From contig JAHLMO010000004.1 of the NCBI GenBank assembly GCA_018920305.1, positions 1 to 41,086 of the forward strand: a DNA stretch of 41,086 nt, written 5' to 3'. Below, piece by piece: positions 7,345-17,224 of the stretch. The stretch is from Candidatus Aenigmatarchaeota archaeon (lineage in GTDB: Archaea; Aenigmatarchaeota; Aenigmatarchaeia; CG10238-14; SpSt-28). A program made the position numbers and the translations under genes. Numbering within the stretch: position 1 is the first letter of the stretch; the number at the start of each line of letters is the position of its first letter. The notes under the pieces were generated by a model. It was given only the letters and a program-made list of their open reading frames with translations. It had not been told where the DNA came from and did not search any database.

Positions 7345-8525
7345 AATTAAGAATTGCATTATTTTCTTGGGAAAGTTTGCACTCTTTAGCTGTTGGTGGT
7401 TTAGCGGTGCATGTTACAGAGTTAGCTGCTGCATTAGAGAGATTAGGAAATGAAGTTCATGTATTTACTAGAATAGGACCAAATCAAGGAATGTATAGTT
7501 TAATAGATGGTGTTCATTATCATAGAGTTAGTTTTGCTTTCGATAGCGATTTAATTAGAGAATTAACAGTTAATATGGCTAGAAGTATGGTTGAACGATT
7601 TAACGAAATAGAGAATATTTTTGGAAGTTTTGATATAATTCATGGACACGATTGGCATGTTGTTACTGCTATTGATGAAATAAAAAGGACAAAAAATAAA
7701 AAAGTTGTTTTTACTTTACATTCAACTCAATATGGAAGAGATGGAAACAATTTTTACGATGGAAAAGCTAAACATATTAGAGATTTAGAATGGTTTGGAA
7801 CTTATATTGCTGATAGAGTAATAGTTTGTTCTCAAACTATGAAAGAAGAAATAGTGAATATTTATCAAGTGCCAGAATACAAAATTAGAGTTATACCAAA
7901 TGGAATATGGGCAAGAAATTTTGATGGAGAAATAGATCCATATCACGATGTTAAAAAATATTTTGGATTTGGAGTTTATGATCCAGTAATTACTTTTTTA
8001 GGTAGAATGACTCATCAAAAAGGTGTAGATATATTATTAGAAAGCATTCCTTTAGTTTTACAGGACTTTCCAAATACAAGATTTATATTTATTGGCGACG
8101 GATATTTAAGACCTCAATTAGAAAGAAGAGCTTATGAGATGGGATTATTAGGTAAAAATGTATTTTTTACTGGCTATATAAGTGATGAATGGAAAGCAAA
8201 AATAGTTAAAGCTAGCGATTGTGTAGTGGTTCCAAGTAGGAACGAACCTTTTGGAATAGTAGTTTTAGAGGCTTGGAGTTGTAAAAAGCCAGTGATAGCT
8301 ACTTGTGGAACAGGGGCAGGGGAATTAATTTGGAGTGGAGTTAATGGTTATAGAGTTCAATTAAATCCTGAAAGCATTGCATATAGTATAAAAGAAATTA
8401 TCAAAAATCCTGTGCATGCAAAATATATGGGAGAAAACGGTAGAAAAATTGCTGAAACTATTTTTAATTGGGATAATATAGCAAAGCAAACTTTAAGAGT
8501 TTATGAAGAACTCTTAAATAAATAA
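7341..8525 (+). CDS. Glycosyltransferase family 4 (glycogen synthase-like)
   Basis: VGGLAVHV, HGHDW, IPNGI, GRMTHQKG, PSRNEPFGIVVLEA. Confidence 0.93.
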   Translation: MKLRIALFSWESLHSLAVGGLAVHVTELAAALERLGNEVHVFTRIGPNQGMYSLIDGVHYHRVSFAFDSDLIRELTVNMARSMVERFNEIENIFGSFDIIHGHDWHVVTAIDEIKRTKNKKVVFTLHSTQYGRDGNNFYDGKAKHIRDLEWFGTYIADRVIVCSQTMKEEIVNIYQVPEYKIRVIPNGIWARNFDGEIDPYHDVKKYFGFGVYDPVITFLGRMTHQKGVDILLESIPLVLQDFPNTRFIFIGDGYLRPQLERRAYEMGLLGKNVFFTGYISDEWKAKIVKASDCVVVPSRNEPFGIVVLEAWSCKKPVIATCGTGAGELIWSGVNGYRVQLNPESIAYSIKEIIKNPVHAKYMGENGRKIAETIFNWDNIAKQTLRVYEELLNK

Positions 8526-8534
8526 TTATTTTCG

Positions 8535-9773
8535 TTATTTTCTCAGTAAACTTTCATAAATTTCTAAGGTTTTCTTTGCTGTGTATTCTATTTTGAAATT
8601 TTCTTCAACTCTCTTTCTTCCATTTTTTCCCCATTTTTTAGCTTCTTCTAAATTACTTAAAACGACTTCTATACCCCAAGCAATATCTAGTGGATCTTCT
8701 CCATTTACATGAACACCACATCTATTTTCTCCGCTAGGTATTACTTGTTCTTTTAGTCCATTAACATTTTTTGCTCCGACTACTACGGGCTTTTCCATAC
8801 TCATTGCTTCTAAGCTAACTATTCCAAAAGGTTCATTAATAGAAGGAAATACACATAGATCTGCTAATGCGTAATGTGCAATTCTTTCTTCTTCACTAAC
8901 CCATTTAGAATAAATTTCAACATTATTTAAATTTAATTGTTGTTTTAACTGTAATAAATTACTATATTCTTCTCCTTTTCCCAAAATAACTAATTTAACA
9001 TCATCAAACTTTTTGTTTATTTCTGCCATTGCTCTAAGTAAATTATAAACACCCTTAATCCATGTTAATCTTCCTACAAATAATATAACCTTTTCATTTT
9101 CTATTTTATATCTATTTTTTAATTCTTCAACTAATTTCCAATTTACGTTTTTTAAACTATATTTTTCTGTATCAATTCCATTATAAACTACTTCTATTTT
9201 ATCTTTTGGATAACCTAAAGAAACTAAAAAATCTTTCATAGAATATGAAACTGTAATTATTTTATCTGCATATTTTGCTGCAATTCTTTCAATTTCTTTA
9301 ATTGTTTCACTTCCTCCACCTAATGCTCTTTGTTCTTCTATTGAATGAATATGAAATACTGCTGGTAAATTAGTATTTTGCTTACATATAATTCCGCTAA
9401 ATGCAGATAGCCAATCGTGAAAGCTTATTATATCGAATTTTCTTCTTTGTTTTTTTATTAATAAGTTAACAAATTTAGTTGCAGAAAGTATATTATATGT
9501 ATATATATCTGCAAAAAATTTTAAATGCCAACCCCATCTTCTTAAATCTTCTTTAACAACAATAGGAAAAATATCCATTACGTTAACTAGCATAGGTCTA
9601 TGAATTTCTATTCCATTCCAAATTTCATAAGTACTTAAATTTCCATCGTTCAAAGTAAATACAGAAATATCGTTTCCAAATTCTTTAATTTTTCTTGTTA
9701 TTTCTATTGCATAAGTTCCTAAACCACCAACTAATAATGGATAATATTCATAACAGAAAAATCCAATATTCAT
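8535..9773 (-). CDS. Glycosyltransferase family 4 (glycogen synthase-like)
   Basis: EYYPLLVGGLG, HDW, VYNGID, GRLTWIKG, PSINEPFGIVSLEAM. Confidence 0.93.
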   Translation of the reverse strand: MNIGFFCYEYYPLLVGGLGTYAIEITRKIKEFGNDISVFTLNDGNLSTYEIWNGIEIHRPMLVNVMDIFPIVVKEDLRRWGWHLKFFADIYTYNILSATKFVNLLIKKQRRKFDIISFHDWLSAFSGIICKQNTNLPAVFHIHSIEEQRALGGGSETIKEIERIAAKYADKIITVSYSMKDFLVSLGYPKDKIEVVYNGIDTEKYSLKNVNWKLVEELKNRYKIENEKVILFVGRLTWIKGVYNLLRAMAEINKKFDDVKLVILGKGEEYSNLLQLKQQLNLNNVEIYSKWVSEEERIAHYALADLCVFPSINEPFGIVSLEAMSMEKPVVVGAKNVNGLKEQVIPSGENRCGVHVNGEDPLDIAWGIEVVLSNLEEAKKWGKNGRKRVEENFKIEYTAKKTLEIYESLLRK

Positions 9774-11263
9774 ATTAGCTTAAAGTATATTTTTCGAATA
9801 TACTTTATTGCACATTTTCTCATATCTACTAACTTTTCGCTTTTTAAACAATTAATTAATAATTTTTTCCATTTTGTTTTATCTTTATAAATTTCTACTA
9901 TATGTTTAAATTTGCTTAGAAATGCATAACCTTTGAATTCATTATACTCATCTTCCCAAACTAAGAAAGCATTTCCTTCTAAACTAACATCATCGAATTC
10001 TTTTAAAACCTCATCTAATCCACCAGTTTTTGTTCCTAAGGTTGGAGTAGCATTTACTAGTGCCATCATGTATCCAGTACCACAAGGCTCTTTATTTGGT
10101 AATGAAGGATATAAAAGCAAATCGCTTCCAGCATACATTAATTTCGCTAATTCTTCATTGAATCCAAAAATGAAAACAAACTCATTATATTTTTGGTGTA
10201 ATTCTCTAAACTTATCAGCTATATATTTTCCATATCCATCATTTGGGTGATGTTTTCCCAAAACTATAAATTGCGCTCCTAAATTAATCATTTCTGGAAT
10301 AATTGGTATAGTTTCTTCAAAACCTTTTTGATGCGAAATTCTTCTTGGTATTGAAATTATAATTTTATTTATGTCTAATTCTTTACCAGTAATTTCTTTA
10401 ATTTTTCTAATTAATTCTTCCTTTTTCTTTCTTTTTATATCTAATATATTTTTATAGTTTGAATTTCTATAATCTTTATCTTGCCAAAATTCTACATCAA
10501 TTCCATTAACTATTCCAAAAACATTTTTTTGATTAAAAATTTCCTTTAATCCTTCTCCATATACTTTTAGAGTAACTTCATAATCTTTACTAACAGTATT
10601 TACTATATCACTTAATTTAACTCCACAATACAATAAATTTATTTTATTATCATAAACCAAATCTTTGTGATTATTATCGCTAATTTCATTTAATCTTGAA
10701 ATATCATAAATTTGCTGATAAGCAGTTCCAGCGTTATGAATAGTAAAAACAAATTTTACTGTGGAAAATTCATAATAATGAATGCTATTTTTTGCATAAA
10801 AAGCTACTAAGCTTGTTAATGCATCGTTAAGATGAATTATATCTGGAATAATTTTTAAATATCTTAATAATTCTAATGTTCCTTTTCCTAAAAATATTGC
10901 ATATTTTAGCAAATCTCCATAGTATAATGAAGTACAAATTTCTTCGTTGTATAGAAAGTAAAAATCGATATCATATTTATTAACTTTATAGATTTTTGTT
11001 TTATAAATTTTTTCTATAGGAATTTCTATTTCTCCAATTAATTCTAAATTTAAATCAGAATAATCTATTTCTTCAATTTGATTATAATCATTAATCCTAT
11101 ATTTGTATAGTGTAGATATAGTAATAACGTTTAGTCCTAATTCTTTCAAAGATTTTACTAGCTCTTCTGCAACTTGACCAAGACCACCAGCTCTATTTTT
11201 AAAAGTTTTTAATTCTGGAGTTACGAATACAATTTTTTTAGTAATAGGGAAAGAATATCCCAT
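9770..11263 (-). CDS. glgA: Glycogen/starch synthase (GT5)
   Basis: AGGLGQV, HLND, FTIHN..YQ, NTVS..Y, GIVNGID, R...QKG, YAGSD...PS...EPCG, TGGL. Confidence 0.85.
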   Translation of the reverse strand: MGYSFPITKKIVFVTPELKTFKNRAGGLGQVAEELVKSLKELGLNVITISTLYKYRINDYNQIEEIDYSDLNLELIGEIEIPIEKIYKTKIYKVNKYDIDFYFLYNEEICTSLYYGDLLKYAIFLGKGTLELLRYLKIIPDIIHLNDALTSLVAFYAKNSIHYYEFSTVKFVFTIHNAGTAYQQIYDISRLNEISDNNHKDLVYDNKINLLYCGVKLSDIVNTVSKDYEVTLKVYGEGLKEIFNQKNVFGIVNGIDVEFWQDKDYRNSNYKNILDIKRKKKEELIRKIKEITGKELDINKIIISIPRRISHQKGFEETIPIIPEMINLGAQFIVLGKHHPNDGYGKYIADKFRELHQKYNEFVFIFGFNEELAKLMYAGSDLLLYPSLPNKEPCGTGYMMALVNATPTLGTKTGGLDEVLKEFDDVSLEGNAFLVWEDEYNEFKGYAFLSKFKHIVEIYKDKTKWKKLLINCLKSEKLVDMRKCAIKYIRKIYFKLI

Positions 11264-11302
11264 ATAATATAATTAAATAACATTACTATAAAATAAATCT
11301 TT

Positions 11303-11821
11303 ATGAAAATTAAATTGAAGGAAATAATTGAAATAGTATTAATTTTTGTTTTAGTACTTCTTGTATATAGAGTTCTTTTAGTCTGGTTATTTAAAAATCC
11401 ATATCCAATGGTAGTTGTTGTTAGTGGATCTATGAGGCATGATATAAATTTAGAAGAAAAACATTTTAGATATTTAGAAGAAAGATTCGGATATAATAGA
11501 AGTTTTATTAAATCGTGGCCAATAAAAAATGGATTTGGAGAGGGAGATGTATTAGTTGTAATTAAATATGATAATTATAATATTGGTGATGTTGTAGTTT
11601 TTAGGAATAAATGCCATAATATTCCAATTTCACATAGAATTATAGCAATTAATGAAGATGGAACATTCCAAACAAAAGGTGATAATAATTTTGGTCAAAA
11701 CATTTCACCTTGCTACGATGAAAGAAAAATTTCTAAAGATGATATATATGGAAAAGTAGTCTTAGTAATTCCTAAAATAGGATTAATAAGATATGCATTT
11801 TATAAAATTTTTGGATTTTAA
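11303..11821 (+). CDS. sec11: Signal peptidase I, archaeal/ER type (S26B)
   Basis: N-terminal TM, VVVSGSM, GDVVVF, ISHRI, TKGDNN. Confidence 0.92.
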   Translation: MKIKLKEIIEIVLIFVLVLLVYRVLLVWLFKNPYPMVVVVSGSMRHDINLEEKHFRYLEERFGYNRSFIKSWPIKNGFGEGDVLVVIKYDNYNIGDVVVFRNKCHNIPISHRIIAINEDGTFQTKGDNNFGQNISPCYDERKISKDDIYGKVVLVIPKIGLIRYAFYKIFGF

Positions 11822-12321
11822 ATTAGACTCTTCCTTTTTTGTAATTCTCTTACTATAAAAGAGTAGACAGTTGAGTGCATTCTTCCCTCTAGTATTAACT
11901 CTATAGCCCTTCTTACTAAATCATAATTTTCTTCGCTAGATATTATGCCAATAGCATTTCTTTTGATAATAATCTTTGATTTTGTCAATTCTTCTATATT
12001 TCTTTTTGCCTTTCCTTCTTTTCCAATTACTCTTCCTTTAAGTTCTTTTAATCTATTTCTATTGTTTCTATTTCTTATAAAATTCTTTATTTCAATTATT
12101 TGAAAACGAAAATTATCATTAAAAAGTTTTCTACATTCTTCTTCGCTAAAACCAAAAATATATGCATCTATAATTTCTTTTGCCTTTAAAAGTTTATATC
12201 CATCTTCACTTTCAATATTTAATGAATTAGCATCTTTATATATTTTTACATCTAAATTTTTCTCTATTTCTTCCAAAAATTTATCATCTATTTCTTTTTG
12301 TAAAAATATTTCTGTTTTCAT
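11818..12321 (-). CDS. KH-domain rRNA-processing protein (Dim2/Pno1/Krr1 family)
   Basis: KGRVIGKEGKAKRNIEELT GxxG KH motif; LILEGRMHSTVY. Confidence 0.88.
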   Translation of the reverse strand: MKTEIFLQKEIDDKFLEEIEKNLDVKIYKDANSLNIESEDGYKLLKAKEIIDAYIFGFSEEECRKLFNDNFRFQIIEIKNFIRNRNNRNRLKELKGRVIGKEGKAKRNIEELTKSKIIIKRNAIGIISSEENYDLVRRAIELILEGRMHSTVYSFIVRELQKRKSLI

Positions 12322-12328
12322 ATATATT

Positions 12329-13756
12329 TTATATTTTTATTCTAAATTCGCTTTTATCTTTTTTATCAAAAACTTCTATTCCATATTCATTTAATAAACT
12401 TCTTATTTTATCAGAATACTTATATAATCCTTCTTTTCTCATCTCATCTCTTATTTCTAATAATTTTTTGATAAAACTTTCATCTAATTTACTTTCTCTC
12501 TTAGTATAAAATAAACCTAAAATTTTATTTCCTAACTCAAAAAATATTTGATAAACATTTTCCGCTTCTTTTTTTCCTATACTTTCTATATTTGATAAAA
12601 TTAGATCGCTCATTTCTAAATATTTAGATAGTGCTAATGGAAAATTTAAATCATCCGCCAATGCTTCTAAAAATTCTGTTTTTAATTTTTCTACTTTCTC
12701 TAAAATTATATTAGTATCTTCTTCTTTATTAACTTTTTTTAAGTAATCTAAAGTTCTATATAGTTTATCTAAAATTTCTTTACATTCATTTATGGCTTTT
12801 TCATTATAATCTAATTCGCTTCTATAATGAGCTCTTAAAACAAAAATTCTTAAAATTTCTGGATTATATTTTGAAAGAAAATCTTTTAAAGTTATGAAGT
12901 TTCCTTTTGATTTACTCATTTTTTCTCCGTTAACAGTTAAAAAATTAACATGTATCCAATATTTTGCAAATTGCTTTTTTGTTATAGCTTCTGTTTGTGC
13001 AATCTCGTTTTCGTGATGTGGAAAAATTAAATCCATTCCACCACCATGTATATCTATTTGTTCTCCTAAATGTTTCAAATTCATTATACTACATTCTATA
13101 TGCCAACCAGGAAATCCTTTACCATATTTAGAATTCCACTGTAAAGGATAATTCTCATCTTTAACAAATTTCCATAATGCAAAATCAGCAGGATTCTTTT
13201 TAGTTATATCTGGTTCAACTCTATGTTTTATTAATTCTTCTCTTTTTATTCCACTTAATTTTCCATAATTTTCGAATTTTGAAACATCATAATAAATTCC
13301 AGTTTCAGTAATATATGCATATCCGTTTTCAATTAATTTATCTATAAATTCTAAAATTTCTGGAATTAATTGAGAAGGTCTTGGTTGAATATTAGGTCTT
13401 CTAATGTTTAGTAAATCCATCGCTTTAAAGAATTCAAACATGTATTTATCAACTATTTCCCAAGGACTTAATTTTTCTTTTTTTGCCTCTAATATAATTT
13501 TATCCTCTCCTTCTAAAATTTCTCCACTTAAATGACCAACATCTGTAATATTTCTTACATATTTAACCTTATAACCCAAATATTCTAAAAATCTTATTAA
13601 AATATCAAAAGTTATAAATACTCTAGCATGTCCTAAATGAGAATGAGAGTAAACAGTAGGACCACAAACATATATTTTTACTAGATTATCTTCTAATGGT
13701 TTGAAAATTTCTTTTCTTTTAGTTAAAGTATTATAAAGCTTAATCTCAATTTTCAT
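12329..13756 (-). CDS. cysS: Cysteine--tRNA ligase
   Basis: YVCGPTVY, HLGH, DFALWK, PGWHIECS, DIHGGG.DL.FPHHENE, KMSKS. Confidence 0.98.
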   Translation of the reverse strand: MKIEIKLYNTLTKRKEIFKPLEDNLVKIYVCGPTVYSHSHLGHARVFITFDILIRFLEYLGYKVKYVRNITDVGHLSGEILEGEDKIILEAKKEKLSPWEIVDKYMFEFFKAMDLLNIRRPNIQPRPSQLIPEILEFIDKLIENGYAYITETGIYYDVSKFENYGKLSGIKREELIKHRVEPDITKKNPADFALWKFVKDENYPLQWNSKYGKGFPGWHIECSIMNLKHLGEQIDIHGGGMDLIFPHHENEIAQTEAITKKQFAKYWIHVNFLTVNGEKMSKSKGNFITLKDFLSKYNPEILRIFVLRAHYRSELDYNEKAINECKEILDKLYRTLDYLKKVNKEEDTNIILEKVEKLKTEFLEALADDLNFPLALSKYLEMSDLILSNIESIGKKEAENVYQIFFELGNKILGLFYTKRESKLDESFIKKLLEIRDEMRKEGLYKYSDKIRSLLNEYGIEVFDKKDKSEFRIKI

Positions 13757-13804
13757 AAAAATTAATTAAAACCAAATCTTAAAAAAAATAAAAATAAGAT
13801 TTGC

Positions 13805-14095
13805 TTACTTTGCTAATACAATTTCTATCGTTGAAACATTTACTTTTTTTCCTGTTTGTGGATTTTCTTTTTCTTCGCTATCTATTGTTATGCTTTTTAT
13901 TTGAGCTTCTTTTACATATTTCTTTCTTACTATATTTGCTACATCTACAGCTCTACTTATTGCTCTACCTCTTGCTCTTATTCTTACTTCTTTTTGTCCT
14001 GCACCAAACTGAGTTATCACTGCTAAGATATAGCTCATTATTGGTTTCTTTCCTATTAGTATTACATTATCATTTTCTTTCTTTACTTCTGTCAT
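13805..14095 (-). CDS. albA: Chromatin protein Alba
   Basis: [31 protein letters not shown]. Confidence 0.97.
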   Translation of the reverse strand: MTEVKKENDNVILIGKKPIMSYILAVITQFGAGQKEVRIRARGRAISRAVDVANIVRKKYVKEAQIKSITIDSEEKENPQTGKKVNVSTIEIVLAK

Positions 14096-14129
14096 TTTAA
14101 ATAAATTAATCTTAAAAAATAAATTTATT

Positions 14130-14435
14130 ATGCTCTTTCAAGATATTATATTTGAATTTGTTTTGCCGTTTTTTTTATTTTTTCTAATTACTCTTTCTCT
14201 ATTGAGAAAATCTCAAATATTTAAAGATTATACAATAGAATTTGGAATTTCTATTATTATTTCTCTCTTAGGAAGTTATTGGCTATATATTAATAAACTT
14301 AGTAGTATAATAATATCTTCTTCAGGTATAGTTATTTTTATAATATTTGTATTAGTTATTTTGGTTTCTATAGCACTTAAAGGTTATAAAAAAATAGAAA
14401 AAAGCTATGAAGAAATTAAAAAAGAAAAGAAATGA
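14130..14435 (+). CDS. Small 3-TM membrane protein
   Basis: Hydrophobic segments; VLPF...L.KS.IF pattern; overlaps the next gene by 4 bp. Confidence 0.7.
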   Translation: MLFQDIIFEFVLPFFLFFLITLSLLRKSQIFKDYTIEFGISIIISLLGSYWLYINKLSSIIISSSGIVIFIIFVLVILVSIALKGYKKIEKSYEEIKKEKK

Positions 14436-14707
14436 TCGAAACTGTAATTTTTGGAATATTAATATTTTTTCTAACTTTTTTAATAGTTTTTGGAATTTTA
14501 AATAGGCTAAATATTTTTAATTCAAAATTCATTAATTATATTATTTCTTTATCAGTAGCCTTTTATTCATTATTAACTTTAAATTATCTAAATCTTTTTT
14601 CCTCTTTTCTCTCTTTCTTATTATTATCTTTATTATTCATATTATTTATATCAATAGTACTAATAGGGTTTTCTATTATCAGAAAAATTTATAAAAAGAA
14701 TACCTAA
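14432..14707 (+). CDS. Small 3-TM membrane protein, likely distant paralog of the preceding gene
   Basis: FLIVFGILNRLNIF...INYIISL pattern; hydrophobic. Confidence 0.7.
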   Translation: MIETVIFGILIFFLTFLIVFGILNRLNIFNSKFINYIISLSVAFYSLLTLNYLNLFSSFLSFLLLSLLFILFISIVLIGFSIIRKIYKKNT

Positions 14708-14716
14708 TTTTATTTT

Positions 14717-15364
14717 ATGCCTACCTTAAGAAGTGGTGCTGTTATAGTTGGAGCATATGCAAAAAAAATAAGAAAAACTCTATTTGCTCAACTAAAAGAT
14801 AAGGTAAAATCAAGAGAAATAAGTTCTCAAGAGATAGCAAGAGCAAGCGGAGAAATAAATAAAATGCTATATATTTTATTTGTAGAAAAGTTAAGATTAG
14901 ATAAGGGAGATACTGTAAGAATATCTATAGATTATGATTTAGTAAATAATCAAATTGTTTGGAATTATGATACATTAAAGGTTGAAGCATATAGAAAAGT
15001 TCCAGAAGATGATATAAATAGATATTTAGAAGAAATTAAAAAGGGATTAGAGAAAATATCTCAGCTAAATATTGAAGAATATAACGTAGTTAAGGCAAGG
15101 GAAACAAGATTGGGTGATGTAATTTTTGATATTAAAAAAGGTAAAGAGGTTGTTGGAATACTGATTGCAACTCAAATAGATGAAGATGTAATTGTAAGGG
15201 GCGCTATTAAAGAACCACCCTTTTTAATTACAAAATCAAAATTAAAATTCGAAGAAAGTGTGGAAAATACTGTAATTAAAAATTTTACAAGTTTGTTAAG
15301 AAAAGCAACACCTACTAGCGAAGAAGAAGCAGAAAAAACAATAAAAGAAATAAGAGAACTTTAA
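14717..15364 (+). CDS. DUF2258 / ThermoDBP-related single-stranded nucleic-acid-binding protein
   Basis: LRSG.VI.GAYA.KIRKTLFAQL, EIARASGEIN..LY...V....DKGD.VRI.IDY, W...LKVEAY. Confidence 0.8.
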   Translation: MPTLRSGAVIVGAYAKKIRKTLFAQLKDKVKSREISSQEIARASGEINKMLYILFVEKLRLDKGDTVRISIDYDLVNNQIVWNYDTLKVEAYRKVPEDDINRYLEEIKKGLEKISQLNIEEYNVVKARETRLGDVIFDIKKGKEVVGILIATQIDEDVIVRGAIKEPPFLITKSKLKFEESVENTVIKNFTSLLRKATPTSEEEAEKTIKEIREL

Positions 15365-15945
15365 TGAAATATCCTTTAAATTTTTTTGTTGAATTTCAAA
15401 AACTTATTTCTAAAAATGTTACTATTGAAGGTTTTGATTTTGATAAGATAAAGAAAATAGGTTTCTTAGATTGTGGATATAAAAAAGAAAAGATAAAATG
15501 CGTATGTGTTATTTATAATAAACAGAGAAATGAAATTGAAAAGATAGATGAAATAATTGATAAGGCAATTTTTCCATATGTTCCTACCTTTTTATTTTTA
15601 AGAGAGGCACCATATATGATTGAATTAATAGAGAAAAATTCAGCAGATTTGTATGTTATAGATGGTCATGGATTGTCTCATCCGAGAAAAGCTGGAATAG
15701 CTACAGTAATAGGAGTTTTAAAAGAAATTTCTACAATAGGCATTGCAAAAAATTTTTTGTATGGAAAAATTGAAGATAATAAAATTTTTGTTGATGGAAT
15801 TCAAGTAGGAATAAAATTTAAAGAATATTATATAAGCATAGGTAATAAAGTTAATATTGAAACGTTAGAAAAGTTTATTAAATTTTTTAATTATGAATAT
15901 CCTTGGCCAATGAAAGAAGCAGATAAAATATCAAAAATTATATAA
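15364..15945 (+). CDS. nfi: Endonuclease V
   Basis: GFLD, FPYVPTFLFLRE, DGHGLSHPRKAGIA, IGIAK, YISIG, EAD. Confidence 0.92.
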   Translation: MKYPLNFFVEFQKLISKNVTIEGFDFDKIKKIGFLDCGYKKEKIKCVCVIYNKQRNEIEKIDEIIDKAIFPYVPTFLFLREAPYMIELIEKNSADLYVIDGHGLSHPRKAGIATVIGVLKEISTIGIAKNFLYGKIEDNKIFVDGIQVGIKFKEYYISIGNKVNIETLEKFIKFFNYEYPWPMKEADKISKII

Positions 15946-17212
15946 TTTCTCCTACTAAAAAATTAGAATAAATGTTAGTAACTTTTACATTAGTAAAGTC
16001 TCCAAAATTTGCATTTTTTAAAAATATTGGTTTATAATAAATATTTCTTGCAATGTATCCATCTTCTATTTTTTCATCTACTAAAACTTCTCCTTTCCAA
16101 TTTAACCACTTTTTATTATTTTCTAAAGTAATTTCCCTAATTAAGTTATGCAAAATTTTAGACCTTTCATCTATTATTTTTGAATGTAATTGTTTTAATT
16201 TAGCTGCATATGTATTTGGTCTTGGAGAAAATTTTGATAGATTAACTACATCTGGTTTTAATTCTTTTATTAATTCTATTGTTAATTCAAAATCTTTTTC
16301 TGTTTCTGTAGGATATCCTACAATAATATCTGTTGCTATAGTTATATCCTTTATTTTACTTCTAAAAATATTTATCCAATCCAAAAATTCTTCTACTGTA
16401 TATCCTCTTCTCATATCATTTAAAACTTTATTAGATCCACTTTGTACTGGAACATGCAAGAATTTAAATATTTTTTCATTTTTAAATAATTCTGCTAATT
16501 TTTCAACTTCTAATTTTTTAAAATGTAAAGGATTCATCATACCTACTCTAATCCAAAATTTACCTTCTATTTCTATTAAACTTTCCAAGAGATCTATTAA
16601 ATTTGTTCCAATATCTTTTCCATATGCAGAATTATCTTGAGATGTTAGCCATATTTCTTTTGCATTGTTCTTTATGGCATTTATAACTTTTTCCTTTATA
16701 TCGCTTATTCTATAACTTTTTAAATTTCCTCTTGCTAATTTTGTTTCACAAAATGTACAAAAAGATAAGCATCCGCTTGCTATCTGAACTATTTCAATAA
16801 TTGGGTTAAATCTTATTGATGGTAATTTCGCTTTATTGGAATTTCCATTTAATTCTACTCTTTTTATTCCTATCAAAGAATCTTTTACAACTTCAACAAT
16901 TTTATCTATAGAATTTGGAGATATTAAACTAGCTTTTGAATTTATTTTTTCAACTCTTTCTTTTTCAGCTTTTGCCATACAACCAGCAACTATTAATGGT
17001 TTATTAAGGGAAGATAAATATCTAATTCTTTGTACCATTCTACTGGCTGTTGCTTGTTTTACTACACAAGTATTAATTATATTTATATCTGCTTTCTTTG
17101 GATCATTAACTAACTCAAATTCATTATTTAGCAACAGAGCTATAATAATTTCGCTATCATTCTTATTAGCTGCACATCCATAAGTTTCTATGTAAAACTT
17201 ATATCTTTGCAT
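15938..17212 (-). CDS. mtaB: tRNA t6A37 methylthiotransferase (archaeal/eukaryote-type MtaB, radical SAM + TRAM)
   Basis: TYGCAAN, INTCVVK, VAGC, GCLSFCTFC, RVGMMNP, HVPVQSGS, TDIIVGYP. Confidence 0.92.
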   Translation of the reverse strand: MQRYKFYIETYGCAANKNDSEIIIALLLNNEFELVNDPKKADINIINTCVVKQATASRMVQRIRYLSSLNKPLIVAGCMAKAEKERVEKINSKASLISPNSIDKIVEVVKDSLIGIKRVELNGNSNKAKLPSIRFNPIIEIVQIASGCLSFCTFCETKLARGNLKSYRISDIKEKVINAIKNNAKEIWLTSQDNSAYGKDIGTNLIDLLESLIEIEGKFWIRVGMMNPLHFKKLEVEKLAELFKNEKIFKFLHVPVQSGSNKVLNDMRRGYTVEEFLDWINIFRSKIKDITIATDIIVGYPTETEKDFELTIELIKELKPDVVNLSKFSPRPNTYAAKLKQLHSKIIDERSKILHNLIREITLENNKKWLNWKGEVLVDEKIEDGYIARNIYYKPIFLKNANFGDFTNVKVTNIYSNFLVGEII

Positions 17213-17224
17213 AATTTGATTTTT

